64,000 bases of DNA from an uncultured virus (IMG/VR IMGVR_UViG_2839031043_000001) (IMGVR_UViG_2839031043_000001); one strand, 5' to 3'; shown: positions 1 through 8,635, counted from the stretch's first letter. The notes: generated from the letters alone by a model not told the origin. A program made the numbers and translations.

Positions 1-85
1 CTAACCGTCATCCCTTTCTATTTGAGTTAAGTGTTCCAAAACACATTATAATAAAATATGGGTGTCGGTCAAACTTGACAAGTAG

Positions 86-532
86 GTGTCCAATATGATG
101 ACTAGAACAGATATCAATTTAATTAGAACTTATTGTGAGAATTATGGCTATGAACTGCTTACAACTGAATATAAAAATCAAAAACAGAAGTTAGATTTGC
201 GCTGTCCCGAATCCCATGTCTATACTGTTACATTTAACAATTTCAAAAGAGGGGATAGATGTACAACTTGTTCTGGCAAAGGAAGTGGGTTTAATAAATA
301 TGACGCACAAAAATGGTTTTCAGATCGAAATTGTGAATTGTTAACAGACGAGTATCAGAATCAGAAGCAATTACTTGATTATCTATGTAAATGTGGTGAA
401 CCAATGAAGAATACCATGCAAAGACTAAAGAACTTTTCAAAAGACCCATATTGTCTAAAATGTAGAAGAGGTGATGCAAAAAAACAACGACACGAAGATG
501 CAAGAGAACTCTTATCAAAAATTTGGTTCTGA
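86..532 (+). CDS. Zinc-ribbon repeat protein (two LLTxEYxNQKQxL..C repeats), putative DNA-binding protein
   Basis: Duplicated unit 'ELLTTEYKNQKQKLDLRCPESH...CTTC' / 'ELLTDEYQNQKQLLDYLCKCG...CLKC'; similar units occur in phage nuclease-associated Zn-ribbon proteins. Confidence 0.6.
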   Translation: MSNMMTRTDINLIRTYCENYGYELLTTEYKNQKQKLDLRCPESHVYTVTFNNFKRGDRCTTCSGKGSGFNKYDAQKWFSDRNCELLTDEYQNQKQLLDYLCKCGEPMKNTMQRLKNFSKDPYCLKCRRGDAKKQRHEDARELLSKIWF

Positions 533-534
533 TA

Positions 535-563
535 GTATTCATACGGTTGATCTGCACATAATA
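535..563 (+). promoter_or_regulatory. Putative sigma-G/F-type forespore promoter for the SASP gene
   Basis: GTATT(535-539)-17 bp-CATAATA(557-563) resembles the GNATR..CATNNTA consensus; imperfect -35. Confidence 0.4.
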
Positions 564-594
564 ATCTCTAACTTTTAATCATAGGGGTGAATAT

Positions 595-783
595 ATGACT
601 AGATCCAATCGTCTTCTTAATGGACAAGCCATAATAGCCTTAAATCAGCTTAAGTACGAGATTGCAAATGAATTTGGAGTAACACTAGGGGCAGAAACTA
701 CAAGCCGTCAAAATGGCTCTGTAGGGGGAGAGATGACTAATAGGCTAGTCCAATTAGCCGAATCTCAAATGAATAAGTTCTAA
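595..783 (+). CDS. ssp: Alpha/beta-type small acid-soluble spore protein (SASP)
   Basis: Hallmark motifs [10 protein letters not shown] and [24 protein letters not shown]; terminator follows. Confidence 0.95.
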   Translation: MTRSNRLLNGQAIIALNQLKYEIANEFGVTLGAETTSRQNGSVGGEMTNRLVQLAESQMNKF

Positions 784-791
784 ATCAAATT

Positions 792-814
792 ATCCCTCAA
801 TATGAGGGATTTTT
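792..814 (+). terminator. Rho-independent terminator
   Basis: ATCCCTCA/TGAGGGAT stem followed by T-run. Confidence 0.8.
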
Positions 815-1008
815 ATTTATATATTTGAAAATTCAATAACAAAAGGCGAAATGCAGGTTATATAAGGTGGTAAAACGGGTATATAATCAGTAATCTAATT
901 CCAATCATAGCATTTAGGCGATATAAAAGTTTTTGCACAAAATCCATGATTGGAACTGCTTAACATACTTGATAAAATTTATCTAACACAAACATAAGGA
1001 GTTGCATC

Positions 1009-1683
1009 ATGGAAATAGTCAAATTCTTGTTCTTTTCATCCCTAGAATATCTATCCATCTTGTTCATGTTATCTGTATTGTTTCGTCTCTCATTTAAAGA
1101 GAACCTACCGCCATTCATTTTTATAGCGATAATACTTAATTTAGTTTCTTATTTTTCAAGATTTTCTGCTCAAATAGGGAGCTACGCTGTATTCCTCCAA
1201 GTCATCCTTTTGATTTCGTGTATCGTATTAATAATGAGAATTCATTGGTTCTATGCAGCTTCGATGGCGTTAATACCAAGTATTGGATTTTTAGTGGTAC
1301 AAGGGATTATCTTTTATATCCTAGACAGTTTATCACTCTTTAATTTGGCTGATGATGTAGGATCAGATGGAACAATTACATTTTGGGCGTATATGCTTCA
1401 GTTATTCACTGCAACTGTTTACACATTGCTTGCTTTAATTGCAAAATACTTAAACTATGGATGGTCTTTTGTGCCGCAAAGGGTTAAGCGAATAAATTTG
1501 AATCAACGTGACAACAAATTAATGCTATTAGGAATGATCATGAGTGTAGTGTTTTTACTGGTAATGCGTTATGCTGGTTTATCAGGTGGGGTATACTTGT
1601 TGATTAATTGCGTGGGTATGTTGATGTGTTATATCCTACTGTTTTGGGTATTTCATAAAAAGGAGCAGAGTTTTGATTTTTAA
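1009..1683 (+). CDS. Orphan multi-TM AgrC/AloC-like peptide receptor (membrane domain only, no histidine kinase)
   Basis: About 7 hydrophobic segments; paralog of 3889..4584 (FSSLEYL N-terminus, WFYA, LQ..T, FVP motifs). Confidence 0.75.
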   Translation: MEIVKFLFFSSLEYLSILFMLSVLFRLSFKENLPPFIFIAIILNLVSYFSRFSAQIGSYAVFLQVILLISCIVLIMRIHWFYAASMALIPSIGFLVVQGIIFYILDSLSLFNLADDVGSDGTITFWAYMLQLFTATVYTLLALIAKYLNYGWSFVPQRVKRINLNQRDNKLMLLGMIMSVVFLLVMRYAGLSGGVYLLINCVGMLMCYILLFWVFHKKEQSFDF

Positions 1684-1708
1684 CACCTTCTCAATGAAGG
1701 TGTTTTTT
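1682..1708 (+). terminator. Rho-independent terminator
   Basis: AACACCTTC/GAAGGTGTT stem plus T-run. Confidence 0.8.
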
Positions 1709-1818
1709 AATTGAAAAACCGTTTATAATTCTAAATCCTTCCTATGCCGTTTTGGACGATCAAAATAATAAGAAACACCCCATGAAAGATATCATAGAGT
1801 GATTCCTATTTTTTTGAT

Positions 1819-2352
1819 TTAGTTTGTGCAAGTCCAATCAAGAGTGAAATCATGTAAGTCAATATTAATCATTTCATGATTTACTTTTTGTAGTATAATT
1901 TTATTCTCCATTGCAATATGCATATCCATAAGTTGCATACTCGCAGCATACAAAGCATCTTCTTTTCGTATCGCTAGGTCTAAATTGACAATCAATTTAA
2001 GTATACCAAATGTTTTACCAGAATCATAGTCCAGCCATATAATGTCAAAATCGCCTACGCCTAAAGCATATTCATTGCTATCTAATGTGCGAACTGCAAT
2101 AGTTGAAATGTGTAAGTTGTTGTTGTTTAATTTGAAACGTGCCTCTTCATAGCTCTCTGTATTTAAAGAAATATTTAAAATAAACTCACCAAAAACTCTA
2201 GTGAGGGGATTTACATCGTAAAAAAGATGGGTTACACTAGCGATAGTCATAAATAGACAGACCTCCAGAATTTCTACTTTGGGGTTTGGCATCCCTATCG
2301 ATCCGCCAAGATAACTAGGGGTGCCATTTGTATTTATAAAGACAATTTTCAT
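1819..2352 (-). CDS. Hypothetical protein translationally coupled to the LytTR gene
   Basis: 177-aa ORF; ATGA overlap with the 2349..2681 stop. Confidence 0.6.
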   Translation of the reverse strand: MKIVFINTNGTPSYLGGSIGMPNPKVEILEVCLFMTIASVTHLFYDVNPLTRVFGEFILNISLNTESYEEARFKLNNNNLHISTIAVRTLDSNEYALGVGDFDIIWLDYDSGKTFGILKLIVNLDLAIRKEDALYAASMQLMDMHIAMENKIILQKVNHEMINIDLHDFTLDWTCTN

Positions 2353-2681
2353 TTAGTATTAGTCTCTGCCAATGCTTCCTTGACTAATGGAATTCTTGTT
2401 CTTGCAACACTTAGCATGCTGCCATCATTGAGATGGACAACTTGAAGTTTTGAATCAAATTCTTTAATGGCATCTTTTCTTACCAGTATTCCAGAATCGA
2501 TTCGAATAAATGTAGATCCCAATAACAGTATCCAATCATCCAGCGCGGTAATTTGATAGAAAGTCCCATTGCTCGTGTGCACCACAATATCATTTTTTTG
2601 ACGTTGGACATTGTTAATATCTTTAATATCAATCCAATGAATTTGTGAGCCATCTGAATTAATTACAGGAACTTTCACCAT
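2349..2681 (-). CDS. Stand-alone LytTR DNA-binding protein (AloA-like) #2
   Basis: 'IDIKDI...FIRIDSGILVRKDAIKEFD...VHLNDGSMLSVARTR' LytTR pattern; no receiver domain; RBS GGAGG. Confidence 0.8.
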   Translation of the reverse strand: MVKVPVINSDGSQIHWIDIKDINNVQRQKNDIVVHTSNGTFYQITALDDWILLLGSTFIRIDSGILVRKDAIKEFDSKLQVVHLNDGSMLSVARTRIPLVKEALAETNTK

Positions 2682-2832
2682 AACCTCCTCCGTTATCCGA
2701 CCTCTAATATTTTGTCAACAACAAATTGCATATGTGTTTTGTTCTTGACATAAGAATATCATATTATTTCCAGATCGGTAACTACTAGAAAATGCACAAA
2801 ATCAAACGTTGACATCATAACAGATTTATAGT

Positions 2833-2863
2833 AAGAGGTACATGTTTAGTTCATGTACCTCTT
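2833..2863 (-). terminator. 12-bp perfect hairpin at the end of the agr-like operon
   Basis: AAGAGGTACATG(2833-2844)/CATGTACCTCTT(2852-2863), overlapping the LytTR #1 stop. Confidence 0.6.
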
Positions 2864-3219
2864 CTTAATTCATCTAATTTGTTTTCTATATTTTTTTTCT
2901 TTGATAGTGATGCTGTAGTTCGCTCTCCATTCCCAAAGTAAATAATTCTATCTTTTGAGTCAAATCCTTCAATGTAGCGAGAATTAACGAGTATACCTTT
3001 TTCACTCAACACAAAGTCATCGTTGTCATATGATGCTCTAATAGCATCAAGCATGATATCTGCATCTGTTATTGTAGCATACTCCCCGTCTGTAGTGTGG
3101 AAGTGGAGTATCCTTTTATCTGTTGCATTTACTTTCTTGATCATGTAGACATCATTAAGATCAATGACTTTGTATCTCGTTCCTCCTTCTCCCACACGTA
3201 CACACAGGTGTTTGTACAT
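2851..3219 (-). CDS. Stand-alone LytTR DNA-binding protein (AloA-like) #1
   Basis: 'IDLNDVYMI...FVLSEKGILVNSRYIEGFD..IIYFGNG..SLSK' LytTR pattern; paralog of 2349..2681; directly downstream of agrD. Confidence 0.8.
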   Translation of the reverse strand: MYKHLCVRVGEGGTRYKVIDLNDVYMIKKVNATDKRILHFHTTDGEYATITDADIMLDAIRASYDNDDFVLSEKGILVNSRYIEGFDSKDRIIYFGNGERTTASLSKKKNIENKLDELRRGT

Positions 3220-3235
3220 TGTAAGTCTCCTCTTA

Positions 3236-3373
3236 TTATTTCTTAAGTAGCTCTTTTGGCACTTTAGGTTGGTGTACTAATGATGCTGAAAGGGGAGTCG
3301 CGATAATAGTTGCTAAAGCTGCAAGTGCAGTGGAAGCGTAATGTGCGACATTAGCCTTACTGAGTTTTTTCAT
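3236..3373 (-). CDS. agrD: AgrD/AloP-type cyclic lactone autoinducer precursor, 45 aa MKKLSKANVAHYASTALAALATIIATPLSASLVHQPKVPKELLKK (missing from the ORF track)
   Basis: Translated by hand; RBS GAAGGGAGGT; amphipathic leader, S-x4 core and HQPxxPxEL tail typical of AgrD; overlaps the agrB stop. Confidence 0.92.
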   Translation of the reverse strand: MKKLSKANVAHYASTALAALATIIATPLSASLVHQPKVPKELLKK

Positions 3374-3902
3374 TCCATTCACCTCCCTTCGTGATTAACA
3401 GTGTTATCGCTTGTACAAAAAACGCTTTAGTTAAAATATCTGACATGAATAAAAAGTTTGAGGCAACCAAAAGAATAGACAACAATTTTAAAGACGGATA
3501 ATGCTTTGCTGTAAAGATTCTTGATTGATTTATTCCAATAGGTGCCAACCAAGCAATAAGTATAATAGAAGCAATCATTAAACGTATTCCCGAGTAATAG
3601 TCAAGTGGAATCAATGGTAAAGCTACAGCACCAATAATGCTAGATAGGGTACACGCTTCAGCCGTTTTAAAATGATATCCTCCCGAAATAGATCTCAATG
3701 AAACAAATGCAAAAATAGTGAGTAATGTTTCTATTAGGGTTCCAAGTAGAGCAGAGAATAGCATTGAGAAAGCAATTGCTGAACCTGTACCAATAACAGC
3801 GATTAATGAGTATTTCATTACCTCTACACTGGCTGTGTCTTGGGGATTGGCATCTTTTATTTTCTGTGCTATTTTTTCTGCTGCATTTTCAATCATACTC
3901 AA
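3357..3902 (-). CDS. agrB: AgrB membrane peptidase/cyclase
   Basis: 'LRSISGGYHFKTAEAC' with catalytic His and Cys; 'LAP' motif; multi-TM. Confidence 0.93.
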   Translation of the reverse strand: MSMIENAAEKIAQKIKDANPQDTASVEVMKYSLIAVIGTGSAIAFSMLFSALLGTLIETLLTIFAFVSLRSISGGYHFKTAEACTLSSIIGAVALPLIPLDYYSGIRLMIASIILIAWLAPIGINQSRIFTAKHYPSLKLLSILLVASNFLFMSDILTKAFFVQAITLLITKGGEWNEKTQ

Positions 3903-4584
3903 TTAAATTCCTCTTTCTGCACAGATAATAGATTATAAAAATGACTAAGACATAAAACACAAGAATCGGATACTGCAACAAAGGTGTTCTATTAAACACA
4001 TATAAAAAGATTACAGTAATGGCGACTGATAAAAGTTGTGCTACGAATAACCATCTGTTCTCTTTAAGGTTCCAAACTGGTCTGGAGGATTCAGGCACAA
4101 ATTCAAACCACAATTCAAATTTACGTATCAACTTACATAAAATCAAAACGACAATGACTGTAATAGTTTGTAATACAAATCCTATTACTGAAATGCCTGA
4201 TCCTGAAGAACTTTGAAGGTCAGCAAGATAGTTCAAGGTACCAAACTTTTGTAAAACTATGAATATTAATGCCTGAATTAATGTGTACGTTGTCCAAGGG
4301 AATAATGTAATGATGCCAGCATAGAACCATTGAATATTCCACACGTATCTAAACCCGAGCATTAGAAAAAGATTTTGAACAAAAATGGCAGCAAACATTC
4401 CCCACCAATATTCATCAATCCCTAAGCCATACCTAAATATGTGGGATGCTAGGTTTAGACAAACGATTACAAAAAATATCTGCCCCTTGTACTCTCTAAG
4501 CGGGAAATTGAACCAAGTAAAGATAAAGACAAACATAGCCAAATACTCAAGTGAAGAAAACAAAGTAAATAGGATAAATTCCAT
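3889..4584 (-). CDS. AgrC/AloC-like multi-TM peptide receptor lacking a histidine kinase domain
   Basis: About 7 TM segments; first gene of the operon, overlapping agrB; no HisKA/HATPase sequence. Confidence 0.8.
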   Translation of the reverse strand: MEFILFTLFSSLEYLAMFVFIFTWFNFPLREYKGQIFFVIVCLNLASHIFRYGLGIDEYWWGMFAAIFVQNLFLMLGFRYVWNIQWFYAGIITLFPWTTYTLIQALIFIVLQKFGTLNYLADLQSSSGSGISVIGFVLQTITVIVVLILCKLIRKFELWFEFVPESSRPVWNLKENRWLFVAQLLSVAITVIFLYVFNRTPLLQYPILVFYVLVIFIIYYLCRKRNLIEYD

Positions 4585-4680
4585 TTTTCTTCCCCATTCT
4601 ATTCTCTAAAATTAGTATCCTATGTAGATTGTACCATTATGTATAAACATTGGGAGGTGCAAGTTTCCTTTTTTATAAAC

Positions 4681-5359
4681 CCAGAGTATATGGCTACAAG
4701 AGACATGTGTTTACTACTGAACCACACAAACTTTATGACTGCTAAAGTCATAAAGATACGCTTTTTTTATCAGTGAAATTAGAGCAAAGGAAGATAATAT
4801 ACGGATGGGAATATCCAATTTATGTTCGACACCACTTTGAATGAAATGAGAGTTAGTAGAAACTAAGTAGCATATAAAGCGAAAGTTAGACTCAGTTGAA
4901 TATAAACTGGGCAAAGTTTACACCATTGAAGATATTTTTTGTAGAAGGGGTATAGATTAATTACCCTGAAACCTAGCATAAATAAACCATCTCAAATTTT
5001 ATGAGGTCACTGAAAGAGTCTCATAGCTACACCAAAGGTTCAGTCACTCATTAAACAATGAGGAAACTGTGCCTTTTTTCTATATATTGATTCATCACAA
5101 GGGAGATCACAGAGGTTTAGGTATAGACCAATCTGCACTTTTTTATATTCATTGGTATCTTGTAGAATCAATATGCATTTACACACATGCAACAGGATAT
5201 CTAAACATCTGCCAATATCCATAGATATATTAAAGCGACGACTTTGTATTGTAGGTGTCCTCTAGTTGGAGTAGCAGAATTGGATAGATTAGAGGTCATG
5301 GGATTAACTCCATCCGGGTCAATAAGCTCATGAGCAATTAAGTATATGGTATACTTTGG
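4681..5359 (+). ncRNA. Candidate large, ornate structured ncRNA (~680 nt; ROOL/GOLLD-like size class)
   Basis: No credible ORF; 5'/3' closing helix 4681-4690/5350-5359; more than 10 internal helices and at least 2 pseudoknots found by eye; wobble pairs are G-U on the + strand. Confidence 0.7.
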
Positions 5360-5381
5360 AAAACGTTACGAGAGGTTAGAC

Positions 5382-6593
5382 ATGTCTGTCAAATTGGAGT
5401 TTGCAGAGCTTGAATCTAAACTGATACATATATCAGATCGAATTTGCAAAGATGAAACATACCTTTGTCCATTGTGTAAACAAGAAGTCATAGCACGTAA
5501 AGGGACTAAAAGACGGCACCACTTCTCACATAAACCTGACAGTGAATGTTCAGCGAACGAGGAAACGTTATTACATTTTAATGCGAAGAATTACTTGGCT
5601 TATTGTGTGTCCAGTAACTATAAGCTAGACGATATAACGTTCAATATCCCAACTGACTTACTGGATGAGTCTATCCAAAAGGTTTTAAACATTTTAGGTA
5701 TTCGTTATTATCCTTTGTCATTGGATAAGTTAAATTCATTTTATTATTTTTATAAAGCAAAAACAGAGCAACGAGTGGATAACTTTATAGCTGATGTTCT
5801 TGTTAATTGTGTAGAGCATAGGGTTGTCCATCCATACGGTTATTATGATAGTAGTGTTGGATATGACGTAAAAGAGATTGATCATGGCAAGTTTGTGTTT
5901 GAGATGAAAGTAACTCATGATATGGGTGAAGAGAAAAGAAACAGTTTACTCAAATCACGAATCCCATTTATTGAAGCAGTGCCAGAGCAAACAGATAATG
6001 GTTTTACTTACTGGGTTACATCATTATCACGGTTATTAGCAATGGATGACACAAAGAATAACTTAGTTCAATTTTTGAGTATTCTTTTCAAGGATGAATT
6101 GATTCAAGTAGGAAAACAAATGTACGACCATGTTAGAGAAAAAGAGCTTATGAAAAATGCTATTGAGCATGCAATTGACAATGTGGATGGATTAAACTTA
6201 CGCGACTACATAAGTAGGGAGCAGTTCAATAGTATTAACACATTAACAGCACAAGCGTATAAATCAGAAGTGAAGAGAATCAGCACATTGCATAGCATGA
6301 GATACAAGACAAGTCAACAAGGTGCCAACTTCATCTCTGTCAATGAACATTGGTCATGGAGTAGAGGTGACAATATTCTGTATGACTTGATTAAAAAGCT
6401 TCAGGAACAGCAATATGATGTAGAAGTATTAATTGGTGGTTACAATGAAACAACCAAAGATAGAGTTGTTGGATTTCAAATTAGATTACCTGATAAACAT
6501 TTGTATGGAGAGCAACTGAAACGAGTTATTAAGGCTGGATTAATGGATTTATTGAATGAAATAGACGTAAATACTGAAAAAAATACCCCCTAG
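5382..6593 (+). CDS. CoiA-like Zn-finger + PD-(D/E)XK nuclease family protein
   Basis: CPLC..HHFSH..C, ETLLH..AK, ADVLV..FEMKVTH; likely start ATG 5382 after GAGAGG. Confidence 0.7.
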   Translation: MSVKLEFAELESKLIHISDRICKDETYLCPLCKQEVIARKGTKRRHHFSHKPDSECSANEETLLHFNAKNYLAYCVSSNYKLDDITFNIPTDLLDESIQKVLNILGIRYYPLSLDKLNSFYYFYKAKTEQRVDNFIADVLVNCVEHRVVHPYGYYDSSVGYDVKEIDHGKFVFEMKVTHDMGEEKRNSLLKSRIPFIEAVPEQTDNGFTYWVTSLSRLLAMDDTKNNLVQFLSILFKDELIQVGKQMYDHVREKELMKNAIEHAIDNVDGLNLRDYISREQFNSINTLTAQAYKSEVKRISTLHSMRYKTSQQGANFISVNEHWSWSRGDNILYDLIKKLQEQQYDVEVLIGGYNETTKDRVVGFQIRLPDKHLYGEQLKRVIKAGLMDLLNEIDVNTEKNTP

Positions 6594-6610
6594 AATTAAC
6601 TAGGGGGTAT
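6583..6610. terminator. Bidirectional hairpin between convergent genes
   Basis: ATACCCCCTAG/CTAGGGGGTAT. Confidence 0.7.
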
Positions 6611-6625
6611 AAGGTATTACCATTG

Positions 6626-8144
6626 CTACTGCTTTTTGCAAAATGGACAACTGTAAATTTTACCATTACTTCTATGCCTTGAGTTGGGACTGGCTTGCCA
6701 TTCATGCCCACGTATACATTTCCACCACACTTTTTTGTTTGAAGAAAAGGCAATATCAAATGATGTTAAGGGGTGGTTTTTGGTATTATTCCATTCATTC
6801 AACAGTGGAGACTGTTTAAACCCGAGACTTTTACAGACCTTACATACGGCTCTATGGTTAACAACTTTACTAATTTTTCTTTTCCACTCATGCCCATTTT
6901 TACAAATCCACCAAACACTTATTCTTGATTTTGGGGCAAAATTTTCTGGTTTGAGTAATCCATTTCTATCGTAATTCCAATGAGNNNNNNNNNNCAATTT
7001 CGGGGTAAGCAGCCTTCAAACTATTCTCTTTTATATCATTTGAATACAACTGCGCAATATAAGTTTCATCTCTACTTATGTCAATAAATGAGTCCATATT
7101 ATAATTACTTAAGAGTTTGTTATTATTTTCATCACAATTTTGATTTATCCATTTAAAGATATTGACAATACAATCTTTAAGGCTTAAATAATCCGAAGCT
7201 TTTAGATGTGTTAAGACTGATGAACCATAAGGCTTTAAGCTAGGCAAGATATAATTGCCATTACATCGTATCCTAAAAAGTTTAATCCCTTTGGCAGTCA
7301 ATACCTCATTCTTTAATTCGTCTCTTTCAGATTTATTAATGTGCCAATAACCATCATATTCAATGCCTAGTCTAAGAGAAGGAATGTATACATCAATCTC
7401 AAAATTTACTTTATTATCATTAAATTTGAAGCGGTTAACAGTATCTTTAAAAATACTTTTAAAATAATAGTATATCGCCTGTTCTGGAAAAGATGTATGT
7501 AAATAACTTTTACATCTGGGACAACTTTTACCATCTTTTCTGCCTATTATTGTAGTCTCCCATTCGTGACCACATTTTTTACACAACCACCAAGCTTTTT
7601 TATGGGAATATGGTCTAACACTATCAGGTGGGTATGAGTTTTTTGTAGGATGCCATTCACTTGCAAGATCTGGATTTAATGCTAACAAGTTGACCTCATT
7701 AGTTGCTTTCTTGCCTTTACATGAAGGGCAGTCATAATTCGCCAAAGCACGACTACTAATGGATCGACGGTACTCATGACCACAACGACCAAGCCACCAC
7801 ACAATTTTCTTAGAGCCATAAGAAACATCAAACGGGGTTAAGGTGTTATTTTTTTCAGGATGCCACTCTGTAGCTAAATCAGGTTTTACTATTGCTAAAC
7901 AGTTGGCTGAACTAACCTTCTTGCCAGAGCAATAAGGACACCCGGTTTGGTTTCGCTTATTTGTTCGACTATTAACTGTAGCTTCATATAAATGACCCAT
8001 TGAACATTTCCAACTAATAACTTTCTTTGAGCCATAACTCACTTCAAACGGATTTAAGCTGCCATTCTCGTCATAATTCCACTCATTTAGTAATTGTGGA
8101 AATTTTGCACCTAGACTATTTTCTTTACTCAAGAGTACCTCCAC
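6626..8144 (-). CDS. Multi zinc-ribbon (EW..N..P..V..GS.K..WW.C..GHEW) protein with a central Vsr/DUF559-like endonuclease domain; one gene spanning an N-gap
   Basis: About 5 repeated Zn-ribbon units across both ORF fragments; 'EIDVYIPSLRLGIEYDGYWH..D..K' nuclease motif. Confidence 0.75.
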
Positions 8145-8214
8145 AAATTAAAAAAGGCTACTGATAAATTCAGCAGCCTTAGAAAAACAATGTTTCTATA
8201 TTGGAACTTCTTTG

Positions 8215-8529
8215 TTATTTTGATAGAGCATTCTTAAATTCCAAAACGGACTTCTCAATTAATCCCTTTAACTCAACATCAGTATATTTCAAACCCTTTT
8301 TATTTAACTCAGTTGTAATCCATTTAATGGCTTCCTCGTACTTTTGTTCTCCACCATAATCTTTAAATGCCTGCTCAACAAAACGCACACCAATTTCTAC
8401 AAGTTCCTTTTTATCACGAAACTTGGATAGGTCAATATTACGCTTGATAATATATGAGGCACCAGTAGCAACTAAAACCGTGACAATAAGTAGCAAATTC
8501 TCAAAAATATCCTTAATTAATGTATCCAT
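8215..8529 (-). CDS. Phage holin (LL-H-like)
   Basis: One N-terminal TM; 'V.FVEQ....GEQK..EA...IE..V' pattern; next to the endolysin. Confidence 0.75.
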   Translation of the reverse strand: MDTLIKDIFENLLLIVTVLVATGASYIIKRNIDLSKFRDKKELVEIGVRFVEQAFKDYGGEQKYEEAIKWITTELNKKGLKYTDVELKGLIEKSVLEFKNALSK

Positions 8530-8635
8530 GAATAATTTCCTCCAATTTAAAGTTTTGATGAATCGTGAAACCCTTGATACATAAGGGTTTTTAGTTATGT
8601 ATTTTTCGATAAAAGTGATATTTTATTGTATATTT

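Noticed and set aside
2682..2832. LytTR direct-repeat operator or Spo0A boxes (TGTCAA copies)
   Set aside because: Spacing does not fit the ~21-bp LytTR repeat period and the copies do not match TGNCGAA; too weak to call
4714..5222. Short minus-strand ORFs 4714..4914 and 5040..5222
   Set aside because: No convincing RBS or protein features; the region is better explained by RNA structure
4681..5359. CRISPR array, group I/II intron, tmRNA or RNase P RNA
   Set aside because: No repeat-spacer periodicity, no interrupted host gene, and no recognisable intron catalytic, tRNA-like or RNase P motifs by eye
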